Assembly: GCA_045863475.1 (NCBI GenBank)
Contig: BTUR01000001.1
Coordinates: 59,846-123,845, forward strand
Length of the DNA stretch: 64,000 nt
Reading direction: 5' to 3'
Origin: Candidatus Campbellbacteria bacterium
GTDB lineage: Bacteria; Patescibacteriota; Minisyncoccia; Phycocordibacterales; EsbW-18
Under the pieces are notes generated by a model. That model ran no database searches and was not told the DNA's origin. It saw nothing but the letters and a program-made list of their open reading frames with translations. The translations under genes and the position numbers were made by a program. Positions 46,602 to 56,782 of the stretch are shown one piece after another. Within the stretch, counting starts at the first letter, position 1; each line of letters starts with the position of its first letter.

Positions 46602-47201
46602 AACTACCTGTAGGGTTTTTTCTTCTCGCACAATCGATGCGGGAGTTTGAAAGTTTAAGTAATCCCAGTCAATGAAATAAATCTCTCCTTTCTCATTTAG
46701 GAGGATATTTTTAGCTTTAATATCCCCGTGTACGTATCCAAGATCGTGTAGCCTTGAAGTAAAATCTTGAACTTGTTTTTTAATTTTCATTCTTTCAGCC
46801 AGAGTTGGATTTTTTGCCAAAAAATCTTTCAGGCTTTCAGACTCTGTAATAACCTCAGTTAGTATTTTATTTTCAAAAAGAACGACTTTTGGAATATTGT
46901 TTTTTAAAACAACGTCCTCGGTTAGTTTCTTTAGGATTAGAAAACATTCCTTGTCCGGCAACCAATCAAGCCCCATTTTCTTGTGGTAAATCCTGGTAAC
47001 GGGGTTTTTAATTTTTATAACGAACCACTCAGGTTTCTCTTTTTGTTTTACCCTGTAAATAAAATGTGTTGGCTTTTCGTTTCCACAAAAAAAAGAGGTG
47101 ACGTCTAATCGGTTTTTAAACTTCAACTTATAAAAAAATAACACTGGAAAATAGAACAGAAACAGGATAATCTTCGATGTGTAAAGTAAAACACTGTTCA
47201 T
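46575..47201 (-). CDS. Kdo/WaaP-like lipopolysaccharide kinase-family (protein-kinase-like fold) protein, AT-rich gene
   Basis: LHDLGYVHGDIKAKNILL catalytic loop, YFIDWD metal-binding motif, N-terminal membrane anchor. Confidence 0.6.
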   Translation of the reverse strand: MNSVLLYTSKIILFLFYFPVLFFYKLKFKNRLDVTSFFCGNEKPTHFIYRVKQKEKPEWFVIKIKNPVTRIYHKKMGLDWLPDKECFLILKKLTEDVVLKNNIPKVVLFENKILTEVITESESLKDFLAKNPTLAERMKIKKQVQDFTSRLHDLGYVHGDIKAKNILLNEKGEIYFIDWDYLNFQTPASIVREEKTLQVVLDLFNNKE

Positions 47202-47228
47202 TTTCGTTTGATTTCAATAATCGACCGT

Positions 47229-47855
47229 TTATTTTTTTACAACAAAAAAATAACCAAGGGGCATGAAACGTGGAGAAAAGTGGCTATCTTTTTTTATCCA
47301 ACTAATCACCCTATCGAGGAAGCGCACAAGAAGCATCATACCTTCCTTGACCACAGCAAACCTATACAGACCGAATAGCGCGTGGTACAGCACGCTAAAA
47401 GCCCCCGTTCCGAGTGGTGAGACATGTATCTCGGTAAAACCGGCGTCTGCAAAAATACGTTCAAGCGCAGACTGAGTGTAACGAAAATAGTCGTCTGGAG
47501 ACCCGTGGACGTTAAAAAGAAACGGCGTTGAACCAACGAGTACGCCACCTTGTTTGAGTATGCGGAAGCTTTCATTAACCGCGTTTTGGTACCCAAACAA
47601 GTGCTCCAAAACATTGAGCATAATCACGCCGTCATAACTCTCGTCCTTCAAAGGAAAAGGTTTTTGTGCATCAAACGTCATGTCTATATCCACACCCTCC
47701 TTAATATTTGCGACCTGGATCGTATGTGTACCAGAAATAAGTTCGTGGTATCCAGATTTTTTATCTCCACCAACATCGAGTATTTTTCCGTTGATGGTTA
47801 GGTGCGACATGCACTCATATTGAAGCCTGCGAAGCAGTGAAAATGTTTTGGTCAT
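47229..47855 (-). CDS. Class I SAM-dependent methyltransferase (Methyltransf_11-like)
   Basis: ILDVGGDKKSG motif I; ATGA start/stop overlap with upstream methyltransferase. Confidence 0.7.
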   Translation of the reverse strand: MTKTFSLLRRLQYECMSHLTINGKILDVGGDKKSGYHELISGTHTIQVANIKEGVDIDMTFDAQKPFPLKDESYDGVIMLNVLEHLFGYQNAVNESFRILKQGGVLVGSTPFLFNVHGSPDDYFRYTQSALERIFADAGFTEIHVSPLGTGAFSVLYHALFGLYRFAVVKEGMMLLVRFLDRVISWIKKDSHFSPRFMPLGYFFVVKK

Positions 47856-48493
47856 AGCGATGCAATAAAAATAAGGTCGAAAGCAAAGAGGCCAGGTAGC
47901 CATCGCGCAAGTTTTCGGTATTTTCCAAGTCCGATAATTTGGACAGAGGAAAAATGCAGACGCAACATCGCACTGAGTTCTGAGACCGAAAAATGATTTA
48001 TATGTGTCGGATCAGCGAGAGGTGTATTTCTCTTATTCCCCAAAAAAAGCCGGATTCTGTTCTTGATGCTAAACGCGTTCGGTACAGAGCCGATGAACAT
48101 GCCGTTTTCCTTAAGGGCAGCGCGTGCCCGTTGTATAACCTTATTCGGATAATACAAATGTTCAAGTATCTCTCCCGCGACAACAACATCAAAACGCCTG
48201 CCGCCTAGTTCTCCCCAGTCACCGTTAAGATCGAAGCTTTCGGTCTTGATACCCAAATCCCGCCGAGCCTTTTCGAGAAGCCGCTCGTCAATATCAACTC
48301 CAAGCACTTCGTTATGCTTCGAAAAATGTTGCGTAAGCGTACCATCCCTGCATCCGATATCCAGAACCTGCTTCCCCGACCCGATAGTTTGCGATAATAC
48401 TTCGCCACGCTCTTTTTCAAAAACAGAAAAACCGTCCCGTTGGCGTGAGCGGTGGTGTTCTTCGTACATTGTTTTTAGTGTGTTTGTGGTCAT
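47852..48493 (-). CDS. Class I SAM-dependent methyltransferase
   Basis: VLDIGCRDG motif I, FDVVVAGEILEHL. Confidence 0.75.
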   Translation of the reverse strand: MTTNTLKTMYEEHHRSRQRDGFSVFEKERGEVLSQTIGSGKQVLDIGCRDGTLTQHFSKHNEVLGVDIDERLLEKARRDLGIKTESFDLNGDWGELGGRRFDVVVAGEILEHLYYPNKVIQRARAALKENGMFIGSVPNAFSIKNRIRLFLGNKRNTPLADPTHINHFSVSELSAMLRLHFSSVQIIGLGKYRKLARWLPGLFAFDLIFIASL

Positions 48494-48514
48494 AACAATC
48501 TCGCCCGAAATATT

Positions 48515-49207
48515 TTATATAATTGTTTTTTTAAACATACAAACAATCGGGTTTCTACGGACACGTAGTGCTCGATGTTCGATCAAGTGTAACCCATAAC
48601 GGGCAAAAAAGTCACGGACACCGAGTATTCCGAAATGATACGATTTTCCGATACCACGCCTATATTCCTTATAGCGCTTTATCGACCGTAAAACCGAAGT
48701 CAAAAAGATGGAAAGAGACATATTATTGACGAAATCGGCAATAAGCAGGCCATCCTTCTGTAAGATGCGCGCAACCACCGGGATAGCATCTTTATGGGTT
48801 GCGGCCGACGCAAAACCTGTTGAAATAATTATCTGCTGTGATTCTGCTCCGAGAACTTGTTCGGCTTGGTACACATCAAGCACTGAAAAACGGAGTCCGT
48901 TCTCCGACATGCCCGCGTTGCACACCTGCTTCCTCGTACGCTCGATGCAGCGTGGGAGTAAATCGGTAAAATGGTACGAGAAAGACATCGCGTGTTCCTT
49001 AAGAATCTTAATGACGCAGATTCCGACGTATCCATTCCCACACCCTATCTCTAAAATATCGTAATGCGGTAATTGTTGTGCTATAAGCCACCGCGCGATA
49101 AGACGTGCTTCCTTTTTTTGAATACGGCGTTGACGAAGCGTATTCCATCCTTCAAAACGCACATACTCTTTCTCCCACACATCTACTTCACCGAACTTAT
49201 TTTTCAT
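48515..49207 (-). CDS. Class I SAM-dependent methyltransferase
   Basis: ILEIGCGNGYV motif I; ATGA overlap with upstream GT4 gene. Confidence 0.7.
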   Translation of the reverse strand: MKNKFGEVDVWEKEYVRFEGWNTLRQRRIQKKEARLIARWLIAQQLPHYDILEIGCGNGYVGICVIKILKEHAMSFSYHFTDLLPRCIERTRKQVCNAGMSENGLRFSVLDVYQAEQVLGAESQQIIISTGFASAATHKDAIPVVARILQKDGLLIADFVNNMSLSIFLTSVLRSIKRYKEYRRGIGKSYHFGILGVRDFFARYGLHLIEHRALRVRRNPIVCMFKKTII

Positions 49208-50232
49208 ATGCGATGTTGTGTAGCTAACCGAAGCACGGCCATCTTCTTCTGTATCAACACTGGAAGTGAATGCTCCTGTTGGACATACAAGTGCGTGTTA
49301 TGTTTCACCTGCGGTTGTTTTATCACCGTCGCAATCGATTCTGCGTCTTGGTCCGCAACAACAACCCCAAGAACCGAACTGAAAGCGATATTCGTACTCA
49401 CCACGGGAATGTTCATCGCAAGCGCCTCAAGTACTGCCTTATCCATACTCCCCGTCTGACTCGCCTGGGCAAAGACATCAGCCTCAGCAAGAAAGTGCGG
49501 CAAGTCAGTGTACACGACCGCACCGGCAAAGTGGACTTTGTCCGCAATCCCCCTTCTCCCCGCCAGATCTTCAAGTCCTTTTTGGTACCGCTTCTCACCT
49601 TCGGTTTGTGCCAATCCGTACAGATAGAGTTCCGCCTCAGGATTCGTCTGGAGCACAATGGAAAGAGCGTCAATGAGCACGTTGATGTGTTTGACTGAGC
49701 TTATTCTCCCCACTGAAACAATTCTTAACGCACCGTCCTTCCTCACCATTCCCATTGGTTTGAAAAGTTCAGTGTCGATTCCCTGCCCGACAATGTGAAC
49801 TTTTCTGCTTGCAATGCGGAACCCGTCCGGAGAAGACGTAAAGGCGATATTGGTCAGTTTCTCCGCGAGGCGCATTGATGTACTCACCGCACCGTGTGCA
49901 TACCACCAGGAAACCGTCTTCCCGAGACACCTCCACACCAACGCCCCAAGAATCACATAAATCTGATTCATGTGCGCATACACGGCGTCGTAGTTCTTTC
50001 GCTCCCGCCAGATGTATGTGTAAAACCGTCGTACATATTTCATACGCGAAACGCCGCCCTCTTTCCCCAATGAGAGCACGCGCACGTTCTCCGGCAGGTG
50101 GTGTTCTCCCTCGTAGAGACAGACGACAATGATACTTTCGCACTGTTTCGCAAACGCTTCCACCCATCGATGAAAGAACCCGAGTACCGGGTCCCGTACA
50201 TCCATTTTTTGGGTCAGAATAAGCAGTCTCAT
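49204..50232 (-). CDS. Glycosyltransferase family 4
   Basis: GT-B fold with C-terminal Glycos_transf_1 motif (E..G....EA). Confidence 0.8.
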   Translation of the reverse strand: MRLLILTQKMDVRDPVLGFFHRWVEAFAKQCESIIVVCLYEGEHHLPENVRVLSLGKEGGVSRMKYVRRFYTYIWRERKNYDAVYAHMNQIYVILGALVWRCLGKTVSWWYAHGAVSTSMRLAEKLTNIAFTSSPDGFRIASRKVHIVGQGIDTELFKPMGMVRKDGALRIVSVGRISSVKHINVLIDALSIVLQTNPEAELYLYGLAQTEGEKRYQKGLEDLAGRRGIADKVHFAGAVVYTDLPHFLAEADVFAQASQTGSMDKAVLEALAMNIPVVSTNIAFSSVLGVVVADQDAESIATVIKQPQVKHNTHLYVQQEHSLPVLIQKKMAVLRLATQHRI

Positions 50233-50253
50233 TGAACTTTGGTTGAAGTGTTT

Positions 50254-51405
50254 CTATTTTGCGCGCCTGGAATGACTGATTCGCTCTAGAAATTCCGCGA
50301 GCGGGCGCTGATAATCGAGAACCGTTTTCCCGCCATACATTTTTTTAAACTGCTCTCGAATCGCCTGTGACATGGATGCAATTGTATCCGGAGGGTTATA
50401 CAGCCCGTGGAGAGCACTCAGCCACACAGCAACATCAGCCCCCTGCGGAAGCACACGCCCCGTAACACCGTCAATAATCAAATCCTTGATACCGCCGACG
50501 TCGCTGGTAATAACCGGCATTCCCGCAAGCGCTGCTTCCATAAAAACCCGCGGAAAACCCTCATAAAAGGACGTGAGTATGAGTACGTGATGCGTTCCGT
50601 ATACCGAAAGAATCTCATCTCTGTTGAGAACACCCCTATCACCTACAACAGACGCGGCACCCGACCGTGTAAGGCCCGCTACAAAATCTTTTTTACGTGT
50701 GCCGTCACCAACAAGTGTAAACCGAACCGCACCGCCAAACTCACCATGCGCTCTAGCAATCACTTTCTCAAGGAGATTTAAATTCTTTTGTTTTTCAAAG
50801 CGACCGATAAAGAGAACTTTCAGCGGCGGAATGTCCGGAGTTGAGCGCGAAAGATTTACAAGAGCATCTGCGTTTGCTGGAAACATGGGTTTGAAAAACA
50901 CCTTGTTTCCGTAAGTAATCCTGAGGTGATCAACCGTCTCGGGACCGTCTGTTTGTATAGCGTCAGCACGTCGGAAAACAAACGGAGCTATGACAGCACT
51001 GATGCGACGTGCAACTGATTCCTTGGTAAACGCGCGGTTACGTATGTCCGTACCATATACCCCGACTGAAAATGGAATTTTGCAGCGTCGTGACAACAGC
51101 CACGCGACAACACCAAGCCAAAACGGATCTTGTGCGTAGATGACGGTAAAGTTTCCGTGCATAGCAACACGGCTAGCCTTTCTCCAGAGAGAAAAAAGAC
51201 CGAGTGGTTTACTACGATACGGTACAGGGTGTACAACAACCGAAGGGCGTACTTCCCTTGCATCAACCGGGATACTTCGTCCAACAACAAGTATCTCTAC
51301 CGACTCATACAGTTGCGCGTACTCCTCCATACGGCGCGCCGTATCGCTGGAAGGATTGAGTACGGACACATCCGTCGAGAGTATGAGGGCTTTGCCGTAT
51401 TTCAT
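50254..51405 (-). CDS. Glycosyltransferase family 4
   Basis: Glycos_transf_1 domain motifs (SFYEGFP..FMEAAL.G.PVI). Confidence 0.8.
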   Translation of the reverse strand: MKYGKALILSTDVSVLNPSSDTARRMEEYAQLYESVEILVVGRSIPVDAREVRPSVVVHPVPYRSKPLGLFSLWRKASRVAMHGNFTVIYAQDPFWLGVVAWLLSRRCKIPFSVGVYGTDIRNRAFTKESVARRISAVIAPFVFRRADAIQTDGPETVDHLRITYGNKVFFKPMFPANADALVNLSRSTPDIPPLKVLFIGRFEKQKNLNLLEKVIARAHGEFGGAVRFTLVGDGTRKKDFVAGLTRSGAASVVGDRGVLNRDEILSVYGTHHVLILTSFYEGFPRVFMEAALAGMPVITSDVGGIKDLIIDGVTGRVLPQGADVAVWLSALHGLYNPPDTIASMSQAIREQFKKMYGGKTVLDYQRPLAEFLERISHSRRAK

Positions 51406-52403
51406 ACCAAGAGATTAGTAAACTCTCGCGCAATGTCTTTATATGAATGTACAAAAGAGAATTCCTGCACGCGCCCCTGGAACGTTTTGTAGATGGTGTC
51501 ATTGCACATCTGCACCACAGCATCTGTAATAGCTACCTCATCAAGCGGATCAACATACAACACGATGTCGCCGAGCCGCTCTGTCAGACCCGTTTCTCGC
51601 GTAAGAATTACGGGTTTGCCGTACGACAGCGCCTCAGACACAAGGTTGGGTGATATGTCCCCAAGCGAGACCAAAATAGCGCAGTAGCACCGCTTGAGCG
51701 CGGTAAGTGTCTCTTCATGCGACACATCAAATCGCATATCCAATAGTGCAGTAGGAGCTTTTTGCTTTGCAAGTACAAATGCACGCATCAGCGTATCTGT
51801 GTTCTTCCATTTCAAATCACGGACGATGCATACAAAATCCTTTCTGGACGGCTGAACCGCCTCATCGGTCTTCTTTTGGAATGCATTTTCGATAATGGAC
51901 GTTTCCTTTGCATCAAGGTTATACGGTTCCTTCCACACGCGCCGTTGATATTCCGAGTTAAACACGATGTGGTCAGCGAGTGAGAGCGCCCATTGCATTA
52001 AACGGAAAATTGTTTGTTCTTTTTTGTTGAAATACCGATGGCCTGTATAAAATTCAGAGAACAGTACTTTGTTCCCTGTCCGCTCTACATATTGCTCCCA
52101 TAAAAAGTCGCCGCCCGTGCGGATAATCATTTTTTTACCGAACCATTTTTTCATCAGCGCGACCGGCACTGCGACTGAAAACGTATCCATGACGATGGTC
52201 GCATCCGCCCACAGGTATGCAGGGAGCGTTTTCAAAAAATACACAGCGTGACGCATCCCCGTTGGGAGCCATCGCTCCAACGTAAATGTCCGCACGGCAA
52301 CTTTGTGGCCAAGTAGTTTGAGTTCTTCACGCAAACTCTTCGCGTAATAGGAAGGGCCGCCGGCATGCGGCGGATAAATACCTGTTGCTATCAAAATCTT
52401 CAT
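51402..52403 (-). CDS. Glycosyltransferase (GT-B fold, GT4-like, divergent)
   Basis: MKILIATGIYPPHAGGPSYY N-terminal GT4 motif; ATGA overlap with downstream GT4. Confidence 0.65.
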   Translation of the reverse strand: MKILIATGIYPPHAGGPSYYAKSLREELKLLGHKVAVRTFTLERWLPTGMRHAVYFLKTLPAYLWADATIVMDTFSVAVPVALMKKWFGKKMIIRTGGDFLWEQYVERTGNKVLFSEFYTGHRYFNKKEQTIFRLMQWALSLADHIVFNSEYQRRVWKEPYNLDAKETSIIENAFQKKTDEAVQPSRKDFVCIVRDLKWKNTDTLMRAFVLAKQKAPTALLDMRFDVSHEETLTALKRCYCAILVSLGDISPNLVSEALSYGKPVILTRETGLTERLGDIVLYVDPLDEVAITDAVVQMCNDTIYKTFQGRVQEFSFVHSYKDIAREFTNLLV

Positions 52404-52423
52404 TATTCTGGATTATCGCATAT

Positions 52424-52445
52424 TCCAATGTTCTTAAGAACATTG
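52424..52445. promoter_or_regulatory. Perfect 9-4-9 palindrome CCAATGTTC TTAA GAACATTGG ~20 nt upstream of the 51402..52403 start codon
   Basis: Read directly; no flanking T-run, so operator-like rather than terminator. Confidence 0.4.
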
Positions 52446-52449
52446 GAGG

Positions 52450-52665
52450 AATAAAAAAGGTCCTCCGTGCATCGAGTCGAAGGGCCAGACAAACCCACTC
52501 CTTCGCCTATAGCTCCCGGAGGGAGACGACGAAGGGGGTGCCGCATTCCCGCGGAGACATGCGGCCGACGCAAGGCGACCGGGGGAACCTCGGCTACCGG
52601 TTTGACCGGAGCTTCACAAACGACCACGGAGGACGCCTTGAGCGTACGCGAGTAAACTCTCAAAA
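52450..52665. other. ~215-nt GC-rich (~63%) hairpin-rich non-coding island interrupting the glycosyltransferase operon
   Basis: Stems ggaggaataaaaaaggtcctcc, gccgcattcccgcggagacatgcggc, ccggtttgaccgg; no convincing ORF or RBS. Confidence 0.3.
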
Positions 52666-52680
52666 GCAAGCCGTTTTCTA

Positions 52681-53841
52681 CTACACCGCAGAGGCAAACA
52701 CTTCTTCGTTCACCCGGCGAGCAATGGTGTCCCAGTTGTAAGTTGTTGCGATGCGCTCAGCACCGTTTTTGATAAGCGATAAGCGAAGTGTCTCGTCTGA
52801 GAGAATTTTGGAAAGTGCCTGTGCAATAGAGTCGGGGTCACCTGCGCGGGCGAACACCCCCGTGACACCGTCCTCCAGAAAGTCAGGAATACCGCCGACC
52901 GGTGTTGCAACAACAGGTACGCCGGCCGCCATCGCCTCAAGAAAGACGATACCGAAACCTTCCGACAGTGGTGTACGCGCGTACACATCCGCACTTGCGA
53001 CAAGTTCACCAACCTTTTCATGTAGTACGTGTCCAAGAAACGTAACGCGTTGTTTAATCCCGTGTTCCCGCGCGAGTGCCTCAAGCGACACGCGACGGCT
53101 TCCGTCGCCGGCGACAATGAGATGCGCGTCGGGAATCTTTGCAACAGCCGCAATAAGATCCTGCACACCGTTCTTGTGTTCAAGGCGCGATGTTGTCACA
53201 ACAAGCTTTGCATCAAGTGGCACCTTGTATGTCTCTCGTACACGTCGCTTCCCCGCCTCGTCCAACGGTTTGAATACGTCCGTTTCCACGCCGTTGGGAA
53301 TCATGACGCACGTGCTCACGCCCTGATTTCTAAAGTGCTTGCACAAATCATTGCTCACCGCATGGCACACACGCGCGCGTCGGTAGACCGCACGCTCAAC
53401 CGCCATCTGTAGACGAACGAGAAAACGTGCCTCCGGATGATAAATAGTAAAGTCGGCCGACTGAATGGTGATGACGTACGGAACGTGCGTAAAAAAAGAG
53501 ACGCACATACAGACGATACCGCTGAAAAATCCGTTGGCGTGCAGTAGCGGCCGTGAAGTTTTCCGGACCGCACGAACAGTCTGAAAAAACAAAATCGGCA
53601 GCGCGGTCAGCACATACCAATACGAGCTGTACGAAAGGTTGGAAAGCGGATACAGCGATGCGGTACGATCAATGTGCAAACGGCCATCTGTTTCGCGCGT
53701 CGGTGTTCCTGCCACGCGTCCGGTAATGATGCGGATATCCATGTCTTGAGACAACCGCTGTGCAATATTTTGTACGAATACCTCAATGCCGCCAATAACG
53801 GGCGGATAGTGTAGAATCGGTATGATGAGTGTAAAACGCAT
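52681..53841 (-). CDS. Glycosyltransferase family 4
   Basis: N-terminal IPILHYPPVIGGIEVFV, C-terminal Glycos_transf_1 motif EGFGIVFLEAMAAGVPVV. Confidence 0.8.
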   Translation of the reverse strand: MRFTLIIPILHYPPVIGGIEVFVQNIAQRLSQDMDIRIITGRVAGTPTRETDGRLHIDRTASLYPLSNLSYSSYWYVLTALPILFFQTVRAVRKTSRPLLHANGFFSGIVCMCVSFFTHVPYVITIQSADFTIYHPEARFLVRLQMAVERAVYRRARVCHAVSNDLCKHFRNQGVSTCVMIPNGVETDVFKPLDEAGKRRVRETYKVPLDAKLVVTTSRLEHKNGVQDLIAAVAKIPDAHLIVAGDGSRRVSLEALAREHGIKQRVTFLGHVLHEKVGELVASADVYARTPLSEGFGIVFLEAMAAGVPVVATPVGGIPDFLEDGVTGVFARAGDPDSIAQALSKILSDETLRLSLIKNGAERIATTYNWDTIARRVNEEVFASAV

Positions 53842-54849
53842 ATGATTACCTTTCATCCAACAGTATCGCTCCTAGAACTTGGTGCAACGCTTTTTGGAAG
53901 CGCTCCGAACCCTGAAAAGCGCCTTACTGAGCTGTTTCCGGGTCATCATAGCATACTTACCGACTCCGGACGCTCCGCACTCGCCGTCATCATAGAAGCC
54001 CTGCACCTGGAAGGCACGCGTATGGCGGTCCCCGCGTTTCTGTGCACAAACCTGCTCCCCGTGCTCACTCACTACCGCATCGAGCCGGTATTTATCGACA
54101 GCGAGCCGGGAACATTCCAATTCCACGCGAGTTCGTACGCGGGAGCATTTCAAAGCGCACTCGTCGTTGCAACATACGGACAGATGCCCGACGCGACGCT
54201 CATTGAAACTCTTGAGCGCCGTAGTGTCCGCGTCATTGAAGACTACGCGCACGTTCCATTGCCGAATACTCCCGAAAATTTCTCGCGCCCGCGCTACTAC
54301 AGCATTGCAAAGACACTACCTGCCCCCGATGGCGGTATTGCGCTTCTCCCCCGAGAATACGCGTATGAAAAAACATTCCCGCGCGCGCAGTGGACACCCG
54401 GGTTTCTAAAAAACACTCTCAAGCTCTGGCGCGTCGTAGCAGCATTCTTATTCCGAGTACGTATTCTTGTGCATAAAACGGAGACGCAGCCACCCGCATG
54501 GCACGGTATCACCGCAATGGCGTCTCTTTCGCGCCGCTGCTTGGGCCGCACACTTGCAAAAGGCAGCCGTTTTTCTCCCGCACCCTACGCGTACTGCTAC
54601 CCTTTGCTTCTCTCCAACCCGGAGCGTGCGCAGCAAACACTTTTCAAAAACGGCATCATCGCCGAGCGCATTTGGAATCCGATTATCGCAGGGGCGCACA
54701 ACGCGCACGCGTTCCCGAATGCGTATGAAAAATCAAACACGACACTGTGCCTTCCGCTGTGGCACATAGACAGCGACACGGCGCTGGAAACATACGAAAA
54801 GAAACTACAGAACGTACTTGCCGGCGAGTTTGCTGGCTTTCGGCAGTAG
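53842..54849 (+). CDS. DegT/DnrJ/EryC1/StrS-like (aminotransferase fold) protein, short and divergent
   Basis: SGRSALAVII..., PAFLC, and YYSIAKTLPAPDGG resembling the SF.xxK..xxGEGG PLP-lysine block; start codon abuts divergent GT4 start. Confidence 0.45.
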   Translation: MITFHPTVSLLELGATLFGSAPNPEKRLTELFPGHHSILTDSGRSALAVIIEALHLEGTRMAVPAFLCTNLLPVLTHYRIEPVFIDSEPGTFQFHASSYAGAFQSALVVATYGQMPDATLIETLERRSVRVIEDYAHVPLPNTPENFSRPRYYSIAKTLPAPDGGIALLPREYAYEKTFPRAQWTPGFLKNTLKLWRVVAAFLFRVRILVHKTETQPPAWHGITAMASLSRRCLGRTLAKGSRFSPAPYAYCYPLLLSNPERAQQTLFKNGIIAERIWNPIIAGAHNAHAFPNAYEKSNTTLCLPLWHIDSDTALETYEKKLQNVLAGEFAGFRQ

Positions 54850-55755
54850 TACAAGCGGAATGAGTCCCCAGAGAGCGCGCAGCGGCGAACGGCGCGCTTT
54901 TTCGTGTGCGGAGTTATCTGTGATTGTGTACATACCGCACGGTGTCCCGCGCCACCCTTCCTTAAACGTTTGCAGTGGAGAGCCCGCGCGAACGCCGCCG
55001 AGAAATACTGATTGAAAACCGCGCTTTTGATACTCAGCAAGTGCATGGAACAACAGATGGTGCGGTGCGTGAAGGTTCTTACCTGCCCTGTCGGATGCGC
55101 TTATAAAATAGTGCGCGGTGTTTTTCTCGGTAAGAAACACAGAGGCAGCGCGTGCGTTGCCATTTACCAGAAAAAGATACACATCGTCGTGCGAAAAATG
55201 CGCAAACGTGGAGAACGGGAGTGCAAACGCTTTGGCCGCGCGCATCGTCCTGAGATACAGCCGATACGCGTCGCGCATGTCGCGCGGAGTTTGTGCGGTC
55301 CTGATGGAAACTTCCTGCGGGACTTCCTCTGAGAGGATGTGCCGCAAGGTTTTACGTATTGACTCAACTCCAAAGTTCGGGAGCGCAATGCGATAATCCA
55401 TCACATCGGGTTCCAGGTCACCGCGGTCCGCAACGGGACAAAAGCTTTCGTGCACGCGAAGTGTGCATGACGGCCCGAAAAACGCGAGACAATCATCACG
55501 GAATTTTGAGAGTAAGAGTGGTTCACCAGAAAGTGCGACGACGTCACCGCCGTCTGAAAACGGCACCGTCGTAGCGCGTCCACGAATAGCTGCAACACGC
55601 ACCGCATACCCGTCGCGATACAAAAAATACTTGAAATGAATATACGGAAACGCAGAGGAAAGCGCGTCCTCCCACGCACGCTCCAAAAAAGGAGACCGTT
55701 TCCCGACAAGCGCGCCCCATGCGTTTCGATCTGTAATTTCCTTAAAAGGACTCAT
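54805..55755 (-). CDS. FemAB-like / GNAT-fold acyltransferase
   Basis: YFISASDRAGKNLHAPHHLLFHALAEYQKRGFQSVFLGG characteristic of FemAB/Acetyltransf_6 family. Confidence 0.55.
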   Translation of the reverse strand: MSPFKEITDRNAWGALVGKRSPFLERAWEDALSSAFPYIHFKYFLYRDGYAVRVAAIRGRATTVPFSDGGDVVALSGEPLLLSKFRDDCLAFFGPSCTLRVHESFCPVADRGDLEPDVMDYRIALPNFGVESIRKTLRHILSEEVPQEVSIRTAQTPRDMRDAYRLYLRTMRAAKAFALPFSTFAHFSHDDVYLFLVNGNARAASVFLTEKNTAHYFISASDRAGKNLHAPHHLLFHALAEYQKRGFQSVFLGGVRAGSPLQTFKEGWRGTPCGMYTITDNSAHEKARRSPLRALWGLIPLVLLPKASKLAGKYVL

Positions 55756-56612
55756 GTTGTTTTTGAAACCTGTTCGGTGTACTCCTTCATGGTCACGATA
55801 TCAAGCAGTCCTTTGTCACGAAGAGAACACGCATGCGCAAGTACTCGTTCAAAAATCTTAAGCTGTGTCTCGGTGTCATACGAGAAGTTGGACGGATGAA
55901 ACCACAAATGGAACACCTCGCCGCGTGTAACGGCCTCATCAATGCCATACCGCATTTTTCGCACGAGCTGTGAAGGCGGCAGGAGCTTCTGCAGACCTCT
56001 GCGTGTGATGAAAAAAAGGCTGTCGGGGATGTTGAGCAGTCCCGACTCATGCCGGCGCGGCGTGTGCGTGCGCGCAATCGGCAGCCAGAAATCCAAACCG
56101 CGCCATAACGGCTTCGTTATTTTCGGGAATCGGTCGTACCACGTTTTCGTGACGCCGCGATATGCGCGTATGCCGTTTTCTTTCAACACGTCGTAATGCC
56201 CTTCTTTGTTGCGCGGGAAGATAAACGATGCGAACGGAAACCCGCGCGCTTCGTGGATAGCTTTTGCTCGGCGGATATCGGCAAGCGCCACGTCCCTTGA
56301 AGCGGCATCAAACAGCGTGTGCTCAAACGAGTGGCTCGCAATTTCGTGTCCTGCCGGAGAGGAGGCTATCGCATCAACGAGGTGTTCCGCGTCATACCAC
56401 GCAAGATCGTCTCCATGGAAATCTTTTTCAAGAAGATGCGCGACAATAGCCCACGTCGCAGGAACGTTGTACGTTTCAAATGATTTCAGGAGCTTTTTGG
56501 TAATAGCGGCTTCACCACGCATGCGCTCAAAGTCGGCCGATGTCAGGTTCCAGTCGGTAAATCCCCATGCGTATTCGTAATCAATACTGATGATGAACGT
56601 GCCGCGTCTCAT
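55752..56612 (-). CDS. Polysaccharide deacetylase (NodB/CE4 family)
   Basis: TFIISIDYEYAWG (Asp-Asp region), HSFEHTLF His motifs; ATGA overlap with FemAB-like gene. Confidence 0.8.
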   Translation of the reverse strand: MRRGTFIISIDYEYAWGFTDWNLTSADFERMRGEAAITKKLLKSFETYNVPATWAIVAHLLEKDFHGDDLAWYDAEHLVDAIASSPAGHEIASHSFEHTLFDAASRDVALADIRRAKAIHEARGFPFASFIFPRNKEGHYDVLKENGIRAYRGVTKTWYDRFPKITKPLWRGLDFWLPIARTHTPRRHESGLLNIPDSLFFITRRGLQKLLPPSQLVRKMRYGIDEAVTRGEVFHLWFHPSNFSYDTETQLKIFERVLAHACSLRDKGLLDIVTMKEYTEQVSKTT

Positions 56613-56782
56613 ACGGTGCTCCGGTAAGCCGGTTGCACCCTCATCCTAGCACATCGTCTTCTATGATTTCGATGCCGTCTGCAAGCGACGCTCGCTCGTT
56701 TTTTTGCAGTGATTCAAAGAATCGTACGGCCAAAACTGCACACATGCCGCCAAAAATTCCGATGAATACTGAAAGCAGCATA

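Noticed and set aside
52450-52665. tmRNA, RNase P RNA, SRP RNA or 5S rRNA in the GC-rich gap
   Set aside because: None of the checked signature motifs is present: tRNA-like T-loop GGTTCGAATCC / ...CCACCA, RNase P GGAAAGUCCGG, SRP AGGAAGCAGCC, 5S loop C CCGAACUCAG. Left as unclassified structured region.
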